From NCBI GenBank assembly GCA_964016885.1, contig OZ024747.1, forward strand, positions 49,910,001-49,974,000: DNA of 64,000 nt. Reading direction: 5' to 3'. A program made the position numbers and the translations under genes. Positions 28,001 through 43,565 of the stretch are shown piece after piece (within the stretch, counting starts at the first letter, position 1; each line of letters opens with the position of its first letter). The stretch is from Eledone cirrhosa (taxonomy: Eukaryota). Under the pieces are notes generated by a model. The model was not told the DNA's origin. It was given only the letters and a program-made list of their open reading frames with translations, and did not search any database.

Positions 28001-31000
28001 ATCACACACTATATATATCACACACTATATATATCACACACTATATATCACACACTATATATCACACACTATATATCACACACTATATATATCACACACT
28101 ATATATATATCACACACTATATATATCACACACTATATATATATATATATCACACACTATATATATCACACACTATATATCACACACTATATATATCACA
28201 CACTATATATATCACACACTATATATATCACACATTATATATCACACACTATATATATCACACACTATATATATCACACACTATATATATCACACACTAT
28301 ATATATCACACACTATGTATATCACACACTATATATACCACACACTATATATCACACACTATATATCACACACTATATATATCATACGCTATATATCACA
28401 CACTATATATATCACACACTATATATATCACACACTATATATCACACACTATATATCACACACTATATATCACACACTATATATATCATACGCTATATAT
28501 ATCACACACTATATATCACACACTATATATATCACACACTATATATATCACACACTATATATCACACACTATATATCACACACTATATATATCATACGCT
28601 ATATATCACACACTCTATATGACACACTATACACACACTATATATCACACACTATATATATCACACACTATATATCACACACTATATATATCACACACTA
28701 TATATCACACACTATATATCACACACTATATATCACACACTAGATATCACACACTATATATCACACACTAGATATCACACACTATATATCACACACTATA
28801 TATCACACACTAGATATCACACACTATATATCACACACTAGATATCACACACTATATATCACACACTATATATCACACACTATATATCACACACGATAAA
28901 TCACACACTATATATCCTACGCTATATATATCACACACTATATATCACATACTATATATATCATACGCTATATATCACATACTATATATCACACACTATA
29001 TATCACACACTATATATCATACGCTATATATATCACACACTATATATTACACACTATATATATAATACGCTATATATCACACACTATATATCACAGACTA
29101 TATATATCATGCGCTATATATATCACACACTATATATAACACACACTATATATCTCACACACTATATATATATCACACACTATATATCACACACTATATA
29201 TCACACACTATATATATCATACGCTATATATCACACACTATATATATCACACACTATATATATCACACACTATATATCACACACTATATATCATATGCTA
29301 TATATATCACACAATATATATCGCATACTATATATATCATACGCTATATATCACACACTATATATATCACACTATATATCACACACTATATATCACACAC
29401 TATATATCACACACTATATATCACACACTATATATATCATACGCTATATATCACACACTATATATATCACACACTATATATATCACACACTATATGTCAC
29501 ACACTATATATCACACACTATATATCACACACTATATATATCATACGCTATATATATCACACACTATATATCACACACTATATATATCACACACTATATA
29601 TATCACACACTATATATCACACACTATATATCACACACTATATATACCATACGCTATATATCACACACTATATATATCACACACTATATATATCACACAC
29701 TATAAATCACGCACTATATATCACACACTATATATCACACACTATATATATCACACACTATATATATCACACACTATATATATCACACACTATATATCAC
29801 ACGCTATATATCACACACTATATATCACACACTATATATATCACACACTATATATATCACACACACTATATATCACACACTATATATATCACACACTATA
29901 TATCACACACTATATATATCACACACTATATATATATCACACACTATATATATCACACACTATATATATATATATATCACACACTATATATATCACACAC
30001 TATATATCACACACTATATATATCACACACTATATATATCACACACTATATATATCACACACTATATATATCACACACTATGTATATCACACACTATATA
30101 TACCACACACTATATATCACACACTATATATCACACACTATATATCACACACTATATATCACACACTATATATATCATACGCTATATATCACACACTATA
30201 TATATCACACACTATATATATCACACACTATATATCACACACTATATATCACACACTATATATCACACACTATATATATCATACGCTATATATATCACAC
30301 ACTATATATCACACACTATATATATCACACACTATATATATCACACACTATATATCACACACTATATATCACACACTATATTATATCTTACGCTATATAT
30401 CACACACTATATATCACACACTATACACACACTATATATCACACACTATATATATCACACACTATATATCACACACTATATATATCACACACTATATATC
30501 ACACACTATATATCACACACTATATATCACACACTAGATATCACACACTATATATCACACACTAGATATCACACACTATATATCACACACTATATATCAC
30601 ACACTATATATCACACACTATATATCCTACCTATATATATCAACACACTATATATCACATACTATATATATCATACGCTATATATATCACACACTATATA
30701 TCCCACACTATATATCACACACTATATATCATACGCTATATATATCACACTATATATATCACACACTATATATCACACACTAATATCATACGCTATATAT
30801 CACACACTATATATTACACACTATATATATAATACACTATATATCACACACTATATATCACACACAATATATATCATGCACTATATATATCACACACTAT
30901 ATATATCACACACTATATATATCACACACTATATATCACACACAATATATCACACACTATATATATCATACGCTATATATCACACACTATATATATCACA

Positions 31001-33575
31001 CACTATATATATCACACACTATATATATATCACACACTATATCACACACTATATATCACACACTATATATCACACACTATATATCATACGCTATATATAT
31101 CACACTATATATATCACACACTATATATATCACACACTATATATATCACACACTATATATATCATACACTATATATCACACACTATATATCACACACTAT
31201 ATATCACACACTATATATCATACGCTATATATATCACACTATATATATCACACACTATATATATCACACACTATATATATCACCACCTATATATATCAAA
31301 CACTATATATCACACACTATATATCATACGCTATATATATCACACAATATATATCGCACACTATATACATCATACGCTATATATCACACACTATATATAT
31401 CACACTATATATTACACACTATATATCACACACTATATATCACACACTATATATCACACACTATATATCATACGCTATATATATCACACTATATATATCA
31501 CACACTATATATATCACACACTATATATATCACACACTATATATCACACACTATATATCATACGCTATATATATCACACACTATATATTACACACTATAT
31601 ATATAATACGCTATATATCACACACTATATATCACACACTATATATATCATGCACTATATATATCACACACTATATATATCACACACTATATATATCACA
31701 CACTATATATATCACACACTATATATCACACACTATATATCACACACTATATATATCATACGCTATATATCACACACTATATATATCACACACTATATAT
31801 ATCACACACTATATATATCACACACTATATATCACACACTATATATCACACACTATATATCACACACTATATATCACACACTATATATATCAAACACTAT
31901 ATATCACACACTATATATCATACGCTATATATATCACACAATATATATCGCACACTATATATATCATACGCTATATATCACACACTATATATATCACACT
32001 ATATATCACACACTATATATCACACACTATATATCACACACTATATATCACACACTATATATCATACGCTATATATATCACACTATATATATCACACACT
32101 ATATATATCACACACTATATATATCACACACTATATATCACACACTATATATCATACGCTATATATATCACACACTATATATTACACACTATATATATAA
32201 TACGCTATATATCACACACTATATATCACACACTATATATATCATGCACTATATATATCACACACTATATATATCACACACTATATATATCACACACTAT
32301 ATATATCACACACTATATATATCACACACTATATATCACACACTATATATCACACACTATATATATCATACGCTATATATCACACACTATATATATCACA
32401 CACTATATATATCACACACTATATATATCACACACTATATATCACACACTATATATCACACACTATATATCACACACTATATATCACACACTATATATAT
32501 CAAACACTATATATCAAACACTATATATCACACACTATATATCATACGCTATATATATCACACAATATATATCGCACACTATATATATCATACGCTATAT
32601 ATCACACACTATATATATCACACTATATATCACACACTATATATCACACACTATATATCACACACTATATATCACACACTATATATATCACACACTATAT
32701 ATATCACACACTATATATCACACACTATATATCACACACTATATATCACACACTATATATATCATACGCTATATATATCACACACTATATATCACACACT
32801 ATATATATCACACACTATATATATCACACACTATATATCACACACTATATATCACACACTATATATCACACACTATATATATCATACGCTATATATCACA
32901 CACTATATATATCACACACTATATATATCACACACTATAAATCACACACTATATATCACACACTATATATCACACACTATATATCACACACTATATATCA
33001 CACACTATATATCACACACTATATATATCACACACTATATATCACACACTATATATATCACACACTATAAATCACACACTATATATCACACACTATATAT
33101 ATCACACACTATATATATCACACACTATATATATCACACACTATATATCACACACTATATATCACACACTATATATATCACACACTATATATCACACACT
33201 ATATATCACACACTATATATATCACACACTATAAATCACACACTATATATCACACACTATATATATCACACACTATATATATCACACACTATATATATCA
33301 CACACTATATATCACACACTATAAATCACACACTATATATCACACACTATATATCACACACTATATATATCACACACTATATATATCACACACTATATAT
33401 ATCACACACTATATATATCACACACTATATATCACACACTATAAATCACACACTATAAATCACACACTATATATCACACACTATATATCACACACTATAT
33501 ATATCACACACTATATATCACACACTATATATATCACACACTATATATAACACATTATATATCACACACTATATA
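22095..33575. repeat. 11.5-kb satellite of 14/16-bp units (CACACACTATATAT[AT])n with higher-order structure
   Basis: Directly visible; variant marker ACACGATAAATC recurs at ~23346, ~25171 and ~28891. Confidence 0.98.
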
Positions 33576-34512
33576 TACCAACATAGACAACCCCTGACAT
33601 ACCCAACCCCTGACATACCCAACTGCTGACATAGACAACCCCTGACATACCCAACCCCTGACATACCCAACCCCTGACACACCCAAACCCTGACATACCC
33701 AAACCCTGACATACCCAAACCCTGACATACCCAAACCCTAACATACCCAAACCCTGACATACCCAACCCCTGACATACTGAAACCCTGACATACCCAAAC
33801 CCTGACATACACAACCACTGACATAGATAACTCCTGACATACCCAACCGCTGACATAGATAACTCCTGACATACCCAACCCCTAACTTAGACAACCCCTG
33901 ACATACCCAACCCCTAAAATACCCAACCCCTGACATACCCAACCTCTAAAATACCCAACCCCTGACATACCCAAACCCGAACATACGTAACCCCTGACAT
34001 ACCCAATCCCTAACATACCCAACCCCTAACATACCCAACCCCTGACATACCCAACCGCTGACATAGATAACCCCTGACATAAGCAGCCCCTAACTTAGAC
34101 AACCCCTGACATACCCAAGCCATAACATACCCAACCCCATAACATACCCAAACCCTAACATACCCAACCCCTGACATACCCAACCCCTAACATACTCAAC
34201 CCCTGACATACCCAACCACTGACATACCCAACCGCTGTCATACCCAACCCCTAACTTAGACAACCCTTGACATACCCAACCCCTAAAATACCCAACCCCT
34301 GACATACCCAAACCCTAACATACCCAAACCCTGACATACCCAACCCCTGACATACACAACTGCTGACATAGATGACCCCTGACATACCCAACCCTTAACA
34401 TAGACAACTCCTAACATAGACAACCCCTAACATAGACAACTCCTGACTTAGACAACCCCTAACATAGACAACCCCTGACATAGAAAACCCCTAACATAGA
34501 CAACCCCTGACA
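33576..34512. repeat. 16-bp minisatellite (ACCCAACCCCTGACAT)n
   Basis: Directly visible. Confidence 0.95.
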
Positions 34513-34749
34513 GACAAATGCTTACAGAAATCATCCCATGATCCCAGTTCTTAATTTAAATAGGAATCCTTTAAAAGGGTTGGTTGTCTTTCATGGGACT
34601 AGAGCTGGTTTTGACAAGGTTAAAAGGGTTATAGTCGTTGTTGGGGTCGATGTGTAATGAGGGAGATTTAGGTGCTTATTCTAGCATGTCGAACAGTAAT
34701 GTTGAGGTCTCCTCATTCACTCATTAAAACCCTCTGTCATCTTGTAATG

Positions 34750-35757
34750 TGTGTGGTGGTGGTGGTGGTGGTGGTAGTGGTAGTTGTGGTGGTGGTGGTA
34801 GTGGTAGTTGTGATGTTGGGGGTGATGGTGGTGATGGTTGTGGTGTTGGTGGTTGTAGTGGTTGTGGTGGTGGTGGTAGTTGTGTTGTTGTTGTTGGTGG
34901 TGGTGGTGGTGGCTGTTGAGGTGGTGGTGGTTGTGGCAGTGGTGGTGGTGAAGGTGGTAGTAGTAGTTGTGTTGGTGGTGATGGTGGTGGTGGTGGTGGT
35001 TTGTGATGGTAGTGGTGGTGATAGGGATGGTGGTGTTGGTTGTGGTGGTGGTGATGGTGGCGGTGGTAGTGATGGTGGTAGTGATGGTGGTAGTGATGGT
35101 GGTAGTGGTAGTGGTGGTAATAGTGGTGGCGGTGGTAGTGATGATGGTGGTGGTGGTGGTAGTGATGATGGTGGTGGTGGTAGTAGTGATGATGCCATTG
35201 ATGGTGGTGGTGGTTGTGATGGTGGTGGTGGTGGGGTGGTGGTAGTAGTAGTGGTGGTGGTGGTAGTGGTAGTGATGGTGGTGATGGTGGTGGTAGTACT
35301 AGTGGTGGTGGTGGGGGTAGTGATGGTGACGGTGGTGGTGGTGTTGGTAGTGGTGGTAGTGATGGTGGTGGTAGTGATGATGGTTGTGGTGGTGGTGGTA
35401 GTAGTGGTAGTGATGGTGGTGATAGTGGTGGTGGGGGTAGTGATGGTGATGGTGGTGGTAGTGTTGGTAGTGGTGGTAGCGATGGTGGTGGTAGTAGTGG
35501 TGATAGTGGTGGTGGTAGTGGTGGTGGTGGTAGTGGTGGTAGTAGTAGTAGTGGTAGTGGTAGTAGTGGTGGTGGTGGTAGTGGTAGTAATGGTAATAGT
35601 GGTAGTGGTGGTGGTGGTGGTAGTGGTGTTAGTAGTGGCATTAGTGGTGGTAGTAGTGGTAGTAGCGGTGGTGGTAGTAGTGGTGGTAGTGTTGGTAGTG
35701 GTGGTAGTAGTAGTAGTGATAGTAGTAGTAGTAGTGGTGGTGATGGTGGTAGTAGTG

Positions 35758-35794
<37 letters not shown>

Positions 35795-35882
35795 TAGTGT
35801 TGGTAGTGGTGGTAGTAGTAGTAGTGATAGTAGTAGTAGTAGTGGTGGTGATGGTGGTAGTAGTGGTAGTAGTAGCAGCAGC

Positions 35883-35924
<42 letters not shown>

Positions 35925-35937
35925 GGTGGTGGTGGTA
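34750..35937. repeat. (GGT)/(GTA) trinucleotide microsatellite
   Basis: Directly visible. Confidence 0.97.
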
Positions 35938-36199
35938 GGCTTAATTTAATCAACTCTACTTCATACCCCTTTCCACCCCCCATGAAAAACAATCAAAAAT
36001 ATAATAAAAACACTAATAAAAACAACAAAAATAGGCTTTGTACCTCATCCAAACGAAATCAATACATTGAAAATGTGTTTTGTGTAGAATTTTATGGGGT
36101 AGAAATAGCGAAGATTTATTGATTCTTCGTGACAATATCTTCATTTCTATTGAGTTTGTATTGATTTCTTGGAATGATAGCATTATTCCCATTACACTG

Positions 36200-39010
36200 T
36201 CATAGAGAGAGGAGGAGGGGGGCAGAAGAGAGAGAGAGAGAGGGGGAGTGAGAGTAAGAATGAGAGTTAAGAGGGGGAGTGATGGAGACAGACACACAGT
36301 GATAGAGAAGATATGGATGGTGTGAATTATAGAGAGAGATATGTAGAAAGGTAAAGAGAGAGAGGGAAAGAGGTAGAGGGAGATAGAGAGAACTACACAG
36401 AGAAAGAAAAATATATATAGAGAGAGAGTGTTTGAGAGAGAGAGAGAGAGTGTGTGTGTGAGAGAGAGAGGGGTAGAGGCAGATAGAGAGAACTACACAG
36501 AGAAAGAAAAATATATATAGAGTGAGAGTGTTTGAGAGAGAGAGAGAGAGTGAGAGAGAGAGAGTGTGTGTGTGTGAGAGAGAGAGAGGTAGAGGCAGAT
36601 AGAGAGAACTACACAGAGAAATAAAAATACAGAGAGAGAGAGTGTGTGTGTGAGAGAGAGAGAGAGTGTGTGTGAGAGAGAGAGAGAGTGTGTGAGAGAG
36701 AGAGAGAGAGGTAGAGAGTGTGTGTGAGAGAGAGAGAGGGGTAGAGGCAGATAGAGAGAACTACACAGAGAAATAAAAAAACAGAGAGAGAGAGTGTGTG
36801 TCTGTGAGAGAGAGGGAGAGAGAGAGAGTGTGAGAGAGAGAGTGTGTGAGTGAGAGAGAGAGAGTGTGTGTGTGAGAGAGGAAGAGAGTATGTGTTTGTG
36901 TGTGGGGGGGAAGAGAGTATGTGTTTGTGTGTGTGTGTGAGAGGAAGAGAGTATGTGTTTGTGTGTGTGTGTGGGGGGAAGAGAGTATGTGTTTGTGTGT
37001 GTGGGGGGGAAGAGAGTATGTGTTTGTGTGTGTGTGAGAGGAAGAGAGTATGTGTTTGTGTGTGTGTGTGGGGGGGGGAAGAGAGTATGTGTTTGTGTGT
37101 GTGTGTGAGGAAGAGAGTATGTGTTTGTGTGTGTGTGAGAGAGGAAGAGAGTATGTGTTTGTGTGTGTGCGTGTGGGGAAGAGAGTATGTGTTTGTGTGT
37201 ATGTGAGAGAGGAAGAGAGTATGTGTTTTTGTGTGTGTGTATATGAGGAAGAGAGTATGTGTTTGTGTGTGTGTGAGAGAGGAAGAGAGTATGTGTTTGT
37301 GTGTGTGTGAGAGGAAGAGAGTATGTGTTTGTGTGTGTGTGGGCAAGAGAGTATGTGTTTGTGTGTGTGTGTGAGAGAGGAAGACAGACTATGTGTTTGT
37401 GTGTGTGTGTGAGAGGAAGAGAGTATGTGTTTGTGTGTGTGTGTGGGGGGGAAGAGAGTATGTGTTTGTGTGTATGTGAGAGAGGAAGAGAGTATGTGTT
37501 TTTGTGTGTGTGTGTATGAGGAAGAGAGTATGTGTTTGTGTGTGTGAGAGAGGAAGAGAGTATGTATTTGTGTGTGTGTGTGAGAGGAAGAGTGTATGTG
37601 TTTGTGTGTGTGTGTGTGGGCAAGAGAGTATGTGTTTGTGTGTGTGTGTGAGGAAGAGAGTATGTGTTTGTGTGTGTGTGTGTGGGGGGAAGAGAGTATG
37701 TGTTTGTGTGTATGTGAGAGAGGAAGAGAGTATGGGTTTGTGTGTGTGTGTGTGTGAGGAAGAGAGTATGTGTTTGTGTGTGTGTGTGCGTGGGGAAGAG
37801 AGTATGTGTTTGTGTGTGTGTGTGTGAGAGGACGAGAGTATGTGTTTGTGTGTGTGTGTGAGGAAGAGAGTATGTGTTTGTGTGTGTGTGAGGAAGAGAG
37901 TATGTGTTTGTGTGTGTGTGAGAGAGGAAGAGAGTATGTGTTTGTGTGTGTGTGTGAGAGAGGAAGAGAGTATGTGTTTGTGTGTGTGTGTGTGTGAGGA
38001 AGAGTGTATGTGTTTGTGTGTGTGTGTGTGAAGAAGAGAGTATGTGTTTGTGTGTGTGTGTGTGTGAGGAAGAGTGTATGTGTTTGTGTGTGTGTGTGTC
38101 AGAAGAAGAGAGTATGTGTTTGTGTGTGTGTGTGTGAGGAAGAGAGTATGTGTTTGTGTGTGTGTGTGAGGAAGAGCGTATGTGTTTGTGTGTGTGTGTG
38201 TGAAGAAGAGAGTATGTGTTTGTGTGTGTGTGTGTGTGTGAGGAAGAGCGTATGTGTTTGTGTGTGTGTGTGTGTGAGGAAGAGAGTATGTGTTTGTGTG
38301 TGTGTGGAAGAGAGTATGTGTTTGTGTGTGTGTGTGCGTGAGGAAGAGAGTATGTGTTTGTGTGTGTGTGTGTGTGAGAGGAAGAGAGTATGTGTTTGTG
38401 TGTATGTGTGAGAGGAAGAGAGTATGTGTTTGTGTGGGGGGGGGGGGAGTATGTGTTTGTGTGTGGGAGAGGAAGAGAGTATGTGTTTGTGTGTGGGAGA
38501 GGAAGAGAGTATGTGTTTGTGTGTGTGTGTGAGAGGAAGAGAGTATGTGTTTGTGTGTATGTGTGAGAGGAAGAGAGTATGTGTTTGTGTGTATGTGTGA
38601 GAGGAAGAGAGTATGTGTTTGTGTGTGGGAGAGGAAGAGAGTATGTATTTGTGTGTGTGTGTGTGGGGAAGAGAGTATGTGTTTGTGTGTATGTGTGAGA
38701 GGAAGAGAGTATGTGTGTGTGTGTGTGTGAGAGAGGAAGAGAGAGTATGTGTTTGTGTGTGTGTGAGAGAGGAAGAGAAAGTATGTGTTTGTGTGTGGGA
38801 GAGGAAGAGAGTATGTGTTTGTGTGTGTGTGTGTGAGGAAGAGAGTATGTGTTTGTGTGTGTGTGTGAGAGAGGAAGAGAGAGTATGTGTTTGTGTGTGG
38901 GAGAGGAAGAGAGTATGTGTTTGTGTGTGGGAGAGGAAGAGAGTATATGTTTGTGTGTGTGTGAGAGAGAGGGAGGCAGGAAGTAAGCGATAGTTTGTGA
39001 GAGAGAGAGG
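36200..39010. repeat. GA/GT compound repeats and (GAGGAAGAGAGTATGTGTTT(GT)n)n minisatellite
   Basis: Directly visible; also four copies of AGATAGAGAGAACTACACAGAGAAA in 36370-36790. Confidence 0.95.
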
Positions 39011-39151
39011 GTTGTATCAGTATTTCTCATATCTCTTTCTAATGTAAAGATCTGTTTTTCTCTTTCAAATATTTTTTTGGTGGTGGTGGAAACAATGTAC
39101 TTAATTAAAGAGGGAGTCTGTATCAACATCTGAAACTTTAAGACAACAATA

Positions 39152-39240
39152 ATAATTGTTTCTACTTCTGGTACAAAGCCAGCAATTAACCAGTGCATTA
39201 CCGGTACTTTATTTTATTGACCCCGTAAGGATGAAAGGCA
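39152..39240 (-). mobile_element. SINE family A, 3' half only
   Basis: Stops at GGATGAAAGGCA and is fused directly to L1/Tx1 ORF2 sequence. Confidence 0.85.
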
Positions 39241-41345
39241 TTGCCCACCACTAATCCTCTATAGAACTCGAGAGTGGAAGTTCCACTGATCACATTGACC
39301 GCTTGGTAGAGGGCAGTGAGTGCCTGGCAACATTCCAGGTGCCAGTCACCCAGTCTTGGTCTCTTCTTGACCCAGGACTGCAGCTTAGTTAAAAGAGACG
39401 AGCTGCGGAAAGGCCCGTCTGACAAATGGCGACCACACCTGTTCACCGTTTAGGCAGAATATCTGGAGATGTCACAGCCTCAGCACATGTCTGCGTATCA
39501 TTAGCCACGGCATCCCCAGCCCTCCACATAGAGGGTGCTGGCAGCAGATGGACCGCCTCACCAACGGGACTTGTCCTCTCCACAAGAATTTGAAGAGGAG
39601 CCATTCCAACTTGGCGAGGTGTGAACGGGGGCAAGGCATGATGGTCAGGCGGTAGTAGATGACGGATGCGATATACGCATTCCCCACCTCTGCGCGACCT
39701 TTCAGTGATAGCTTCCTGGCAGCCCATTTTTGGGTGAGACTGGCTACCCTGCTCATTACTTTGTCCCAATTCTTTTCCACCTGGAGGTCAGGTCCGAACC
39801 AAACCCCGAGCAACTTTACTGGTCCGTCCGTCCAGCGGCCCACAACGTTGTTGGACGGCATAGACTTGCTTCTCCAGGTGCTGAGCTGCAAGCCCACCGA
39901 CTTTTCCAGGTTAAGTTTGGCTCCTGTCAACCTTTCATATTCCTTCAATAAGGTGCCAACCACCTCGATTTCCGAGGTGTCCGACACCATCACGGTGGTG
40001 TCGTCTGCATAAGCCAACACAGCCTTTCCACGTCCCGGTTCAAGCGGGATGTCCTGCAACAGATCCAGCTTCCCCAGTAAAGGCTCGAGAGTCAATATGT
40101 ACAAAAGGGAAGAGAGAGGGCACCCTTGACGGACCGATTGGGAGAGCCGGAACAGTTCCGAGAGGTAGCCATTAACCTTAACCACCGAGCAGGTGACGCT
40201 GTGCATTGCAGCGATCCAGCTTCTGAAGACAAGGCCGAAGCCAGCTGCTTTGAGGACTGCCTCTAGATACCGATGGTCGACCCTATCGAATGCTTTCGAT
40301 TGATCTAAATTGATCAGTGCCCCACTGAAGCCAGATTTACACCCTACCCGCTCTATGATATATCGCTCCAGAAACAAATCTTCTGGCATGCAAAATGTGC
40401 TCAATTCAAAGATCTCCCCTTCTGTGCTAAGAGGCCCATCAATTTATCGTTGTCCCTTCTGACAAGCACAAAGTTTTTAATGTTTTGTTGGTGTGGTTTT
40501 ATTTGTTTTCGTTTCAGTGACTGTGGTGGTGATGGTTTTGGTGGTGTTGTTTCAGGTATGTCTGTGTTTGTTGTAGGTGTGGTGTCTGCAATTTCAGGTA
40601 TCTGTGTGTTTATTTGTTCTTGTGTTTGTTTAGATTGTTTGCGTTTTGGGGATTGTGGGAGTGGTGTTGATGTTATTGGGGAAGTGTTTGCGTTAGTGGT
40701 GTCAGTATTTTTTGTTGTGTATGTTTTTTGTGTTTTGTGGGGGCTTTTTTTTAGTGAGTTTTCTCTTTTGTTTTTTGACACTTTTGGGTTTTCCTTTATC
40801 TTCACTGCTGGAAGACAAAGGGTCTATGGCTGTGAGTGTATCTGTGTCTGTGTGTGCATTTATGGTTTTGCCTATGTGTATAATTGGAGGGGTAGGAGGA
40901 GTGGGAGAGCTTTCCTTGTTTTCCCCTTGGGTAGGTTTCGGTGCTGGTGGTGGTCCGGCTGTTTTTGATGTCGGTGGGGTTACCCGTGTCATTGTTGGTG
41001 TTGTTTTTGGTGGTGGTGGTGGTGCAGCTTTCCGTGCTGGCACTGGCGTTGGCAACAAAGGAGGTTTGCAACCCCCTGCATTTTTGAGCTGAGGGCAGAG
41101 GGCTTGCAGATGCGTTGCTTCCCCACAGACGAAGCAATGCGGGCTTCTTCCCTCAGTGATTAATTGGACTGTTGTCCCATCCTGCAGGCAGGCAAAGTCC
41201 TCTCTCTCTGTATTTTTGATATCTAGGAGGGTAGTGTCTGTTCCCTCCTCGATTACGCATCCCAGGAGCGACCATATGTTCATTCCTGGTAGGATCCTAG
41301 GAATGCAGGCCTTTACTGCCCTTTTGCCCATGTAGGACGGGTGCA
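39241..41345 (-). mobile_element. L1/Tx1-clade retrotransposon with internal deletion
   Basis: ORF1 with zinc knuckle CFVCGEATHLQALC (40702-41345); RT fragment with LDQSKAFDRVDH, VRQGCPLS, YADD, GGLG (39472-40404); endonuclease and 3' end missing. Confidence 0.92.
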
Positions 41346-41826
41346 TGATAATAATAATAATAATGCTTTCTTTATTAACCACAAGGGTTGACATAAAGTA
41401 TAACATTAAGGACAGTACAGGACAATACAAGACGGTACAAATGGGCATTTCTGGATGTAAAAAAAAAACAAAAACAGAGGATGTAACAAAAAAAGAAACA
41501 ATGAAAAATTCCCCAATAAGGGGGAGACTTCCGAGGGACTTTCGTGGAGAAAGCCCATTAAAAAAGCCATGGTGACCCTGACCAATTTACAAGCACATAC
41601 TTAGAGCAGGCTCATTCACTCGGGCCATGCTTGCCTCTCTCACCCATCTTTCAACAAAATGCTGGGAAGAGAGCACTTCCTTCTCTACTCTGATTTTCCT
41701 TTTCAAATAATAATAATAATAATAATAAAAATGGTTTCTTTATTGGCCACAAGGGCTAACATGAAGAAAAACATTACAGACGGCACAGAACGGTATAGGA
41801 CAAAACAAATTGGGTTTTGGCCGTGT
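41346..41826 (-). mobile_element. Two 3'-end fragments of L1/Tx1-like elements
   Basis: ~41590-41700 encodes RKIRVEKEVLSSQHFVERW...MCL*; both fragments end CCCTTGTGG(T/C)(T/C)AATAAAGAAA plus an (ATT)n tail. Confidence 0.8.
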
Positions 41827-41846
41827 AATAATAATAATAGTAATAA

Positions 41847-42231
41847 TAATTGTTTCTACTTTTGGCACAAGGCCAGCAATTATCCCATTGTATTACTGGT
41901 ACTTTATTTTATCGACCCTGTAAGGATGAAAGGCAAAGTTAACCTTGGCGGGATTTGAACTCAGACCATAAAGGGCCATAACTCTTTGCTGCAAAGCATG
42001 GCGTCCGACCCTCTACCAATGCTGCCAATCCACCGCCTATTAATAATAATAATTGTTTCTACTTTTGGCACAAGGCCAGCAATTACCCAGTACATTACTG
42101 GTACTTTATTTTATCGACTCCGTAAGGATGAAAGGCAAAGTTAAACTCGACGGGATTTGAACTCAGACCGTAAAGGGACGTAACTATGCTGGAAAGCATG
42201 GCGTCTGACCCTTACCAATACTGCCAATTCA
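41847..42231 (-). mobile_element. Two tandem SINE family A copies
   Basis: 41847-42037 and 42050-42231, separated by (AAT)n. Confidence 0.92.
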
Positions 42232-42829
42232 TGATAATAAATAATATAATATAGAACAACAACAACAACAGTAACTACGATAACAAAAACGTTTGTTAAA
42301 TATATCTTGGGATTTAATTAAACATAATATCTATTTACTTTAAAGAGAATGCTGTTTGTGTGGGAATGCACACTTATTTAGTTATTTTATGAAAATTGAA
42401 ATTGTTTATACTAACATATTAACCCTTTTAGTGTTATGGCCTTTTTGATTATGTAATGGAAAATATTTCAGAGTAATTATAGAAAACAATAGAAACATTG
42501 AATAAATATCTAACCATTACTCAGAGCTGATATAAACTATAAATACATAATATATGTTGGTCTCTGATTGGTTATCATATTCTCTTTGTTTTCTTTATTT
42601 GGTGTAAGGGAGAGAATTACATGAAATCAACAAGTTCTGTAATCCCCAACATCAAAGAGACTCAAATATTATGGTGCATCTCCATTTTGAAAAGTTGAAT
42701 TATTACAATTTAAGTGGAGTCCTAAGACTAACGTCACCTCCAACATGCAGGATAAATTTTCAAGACTTATTTTAGGGTAAAAATCAACATCATCTACAAC
42801 AGGAAATACAGTTTTCATATCTATATATA

Positions 42830-43152
42830 TAATTGTTTCTACATTTGGCACAAGGCCAGCAATTACCCAGTGCATTACTGGTACTTTATTTTATCGACCC
42901 CGTAAGGATGAAAGGCAAAGTTAACCTCGGCGGGATTTGAACTCATATATATATCTATATATATATAATTGTTTCTACTTTAGGCACAAGGCCAGCAATT
43001 ACCAGTGCATTACTGGTACTTTATTTTATCGACCCCGTAAGGATGAAAGGCAAAGTCAACCTCGGCGGGATTTGAACTCAGATGGTAAAGGGACGTAACT
43101 ATGCTGGAAAGCATGGCGTCCGACCCTCTACCGATACTGCCAATCCACCGCC
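42830..43152 (-). mobile_element. SINE family A, partial plus full copy in tandem
   Basis: 42830-42945 (3' part) and 42967-43152, each preceded by ATATCTATATATAT. Confidence 0.9.
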
Positions 43153-43167
43153 CTTCTATATATATAT

Positions 43168-43565
43168 AATGATACCTCGCAGTATGAGTTTAATTCATTC
43201 CATGACCGAGCTCGTCTTATGATTTACTTGTTTTACAAATCAATTTTCCCCATTGAAATTAATTAAAATATAAATAAACTGTTCCAGCCCCTCCCCCCCC
43301 CCCCCAAAAAAAAAAAAACTACCAGAAAATCATTTTTTATGGGTTTTAAAACAGAAAAGGTGCAGTTACAAGGAAAATGACAATTATAAAAACATAACAA
43401 AAGAGAATGCAAAAGAAATATGTAAACTGGTTTTATTGATTGTATGAAACTCGCTTGTAGTATGGATTTCCATTCGTACTACAAGACAAAAATTTGTTGT
43501 ACGAGCCTCAGCTTGTACAGCAAATTACTCGTACAATGAGGCACTGGTATTGCGAGGTTCTACTG
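43168..43565. mobile_element. Tigger/pogo-like MITE
   Basis: Imperfect TIRs AATGATACCTCGCAGTAT ... GTATTGCGAGGTTCTACTG next to a TA run. Confidence 0.7.

Noticed and set aside
22491-33458. Very long His/Thr/Ile/Tyr ORFs (up to 999 aa)
   Set aside because: Translations of a stop-poor satellite, open in several frames
33576-34512. Telomere-like CCCTAA motifs
   Set aside because: Isolated variants of a 16-bp unit, not tandem (TTAGGG)n
34672-39198. Poly-V, poly-P and 901-aa HT-rich ORFs
   Set aside because: Microsatellite translations
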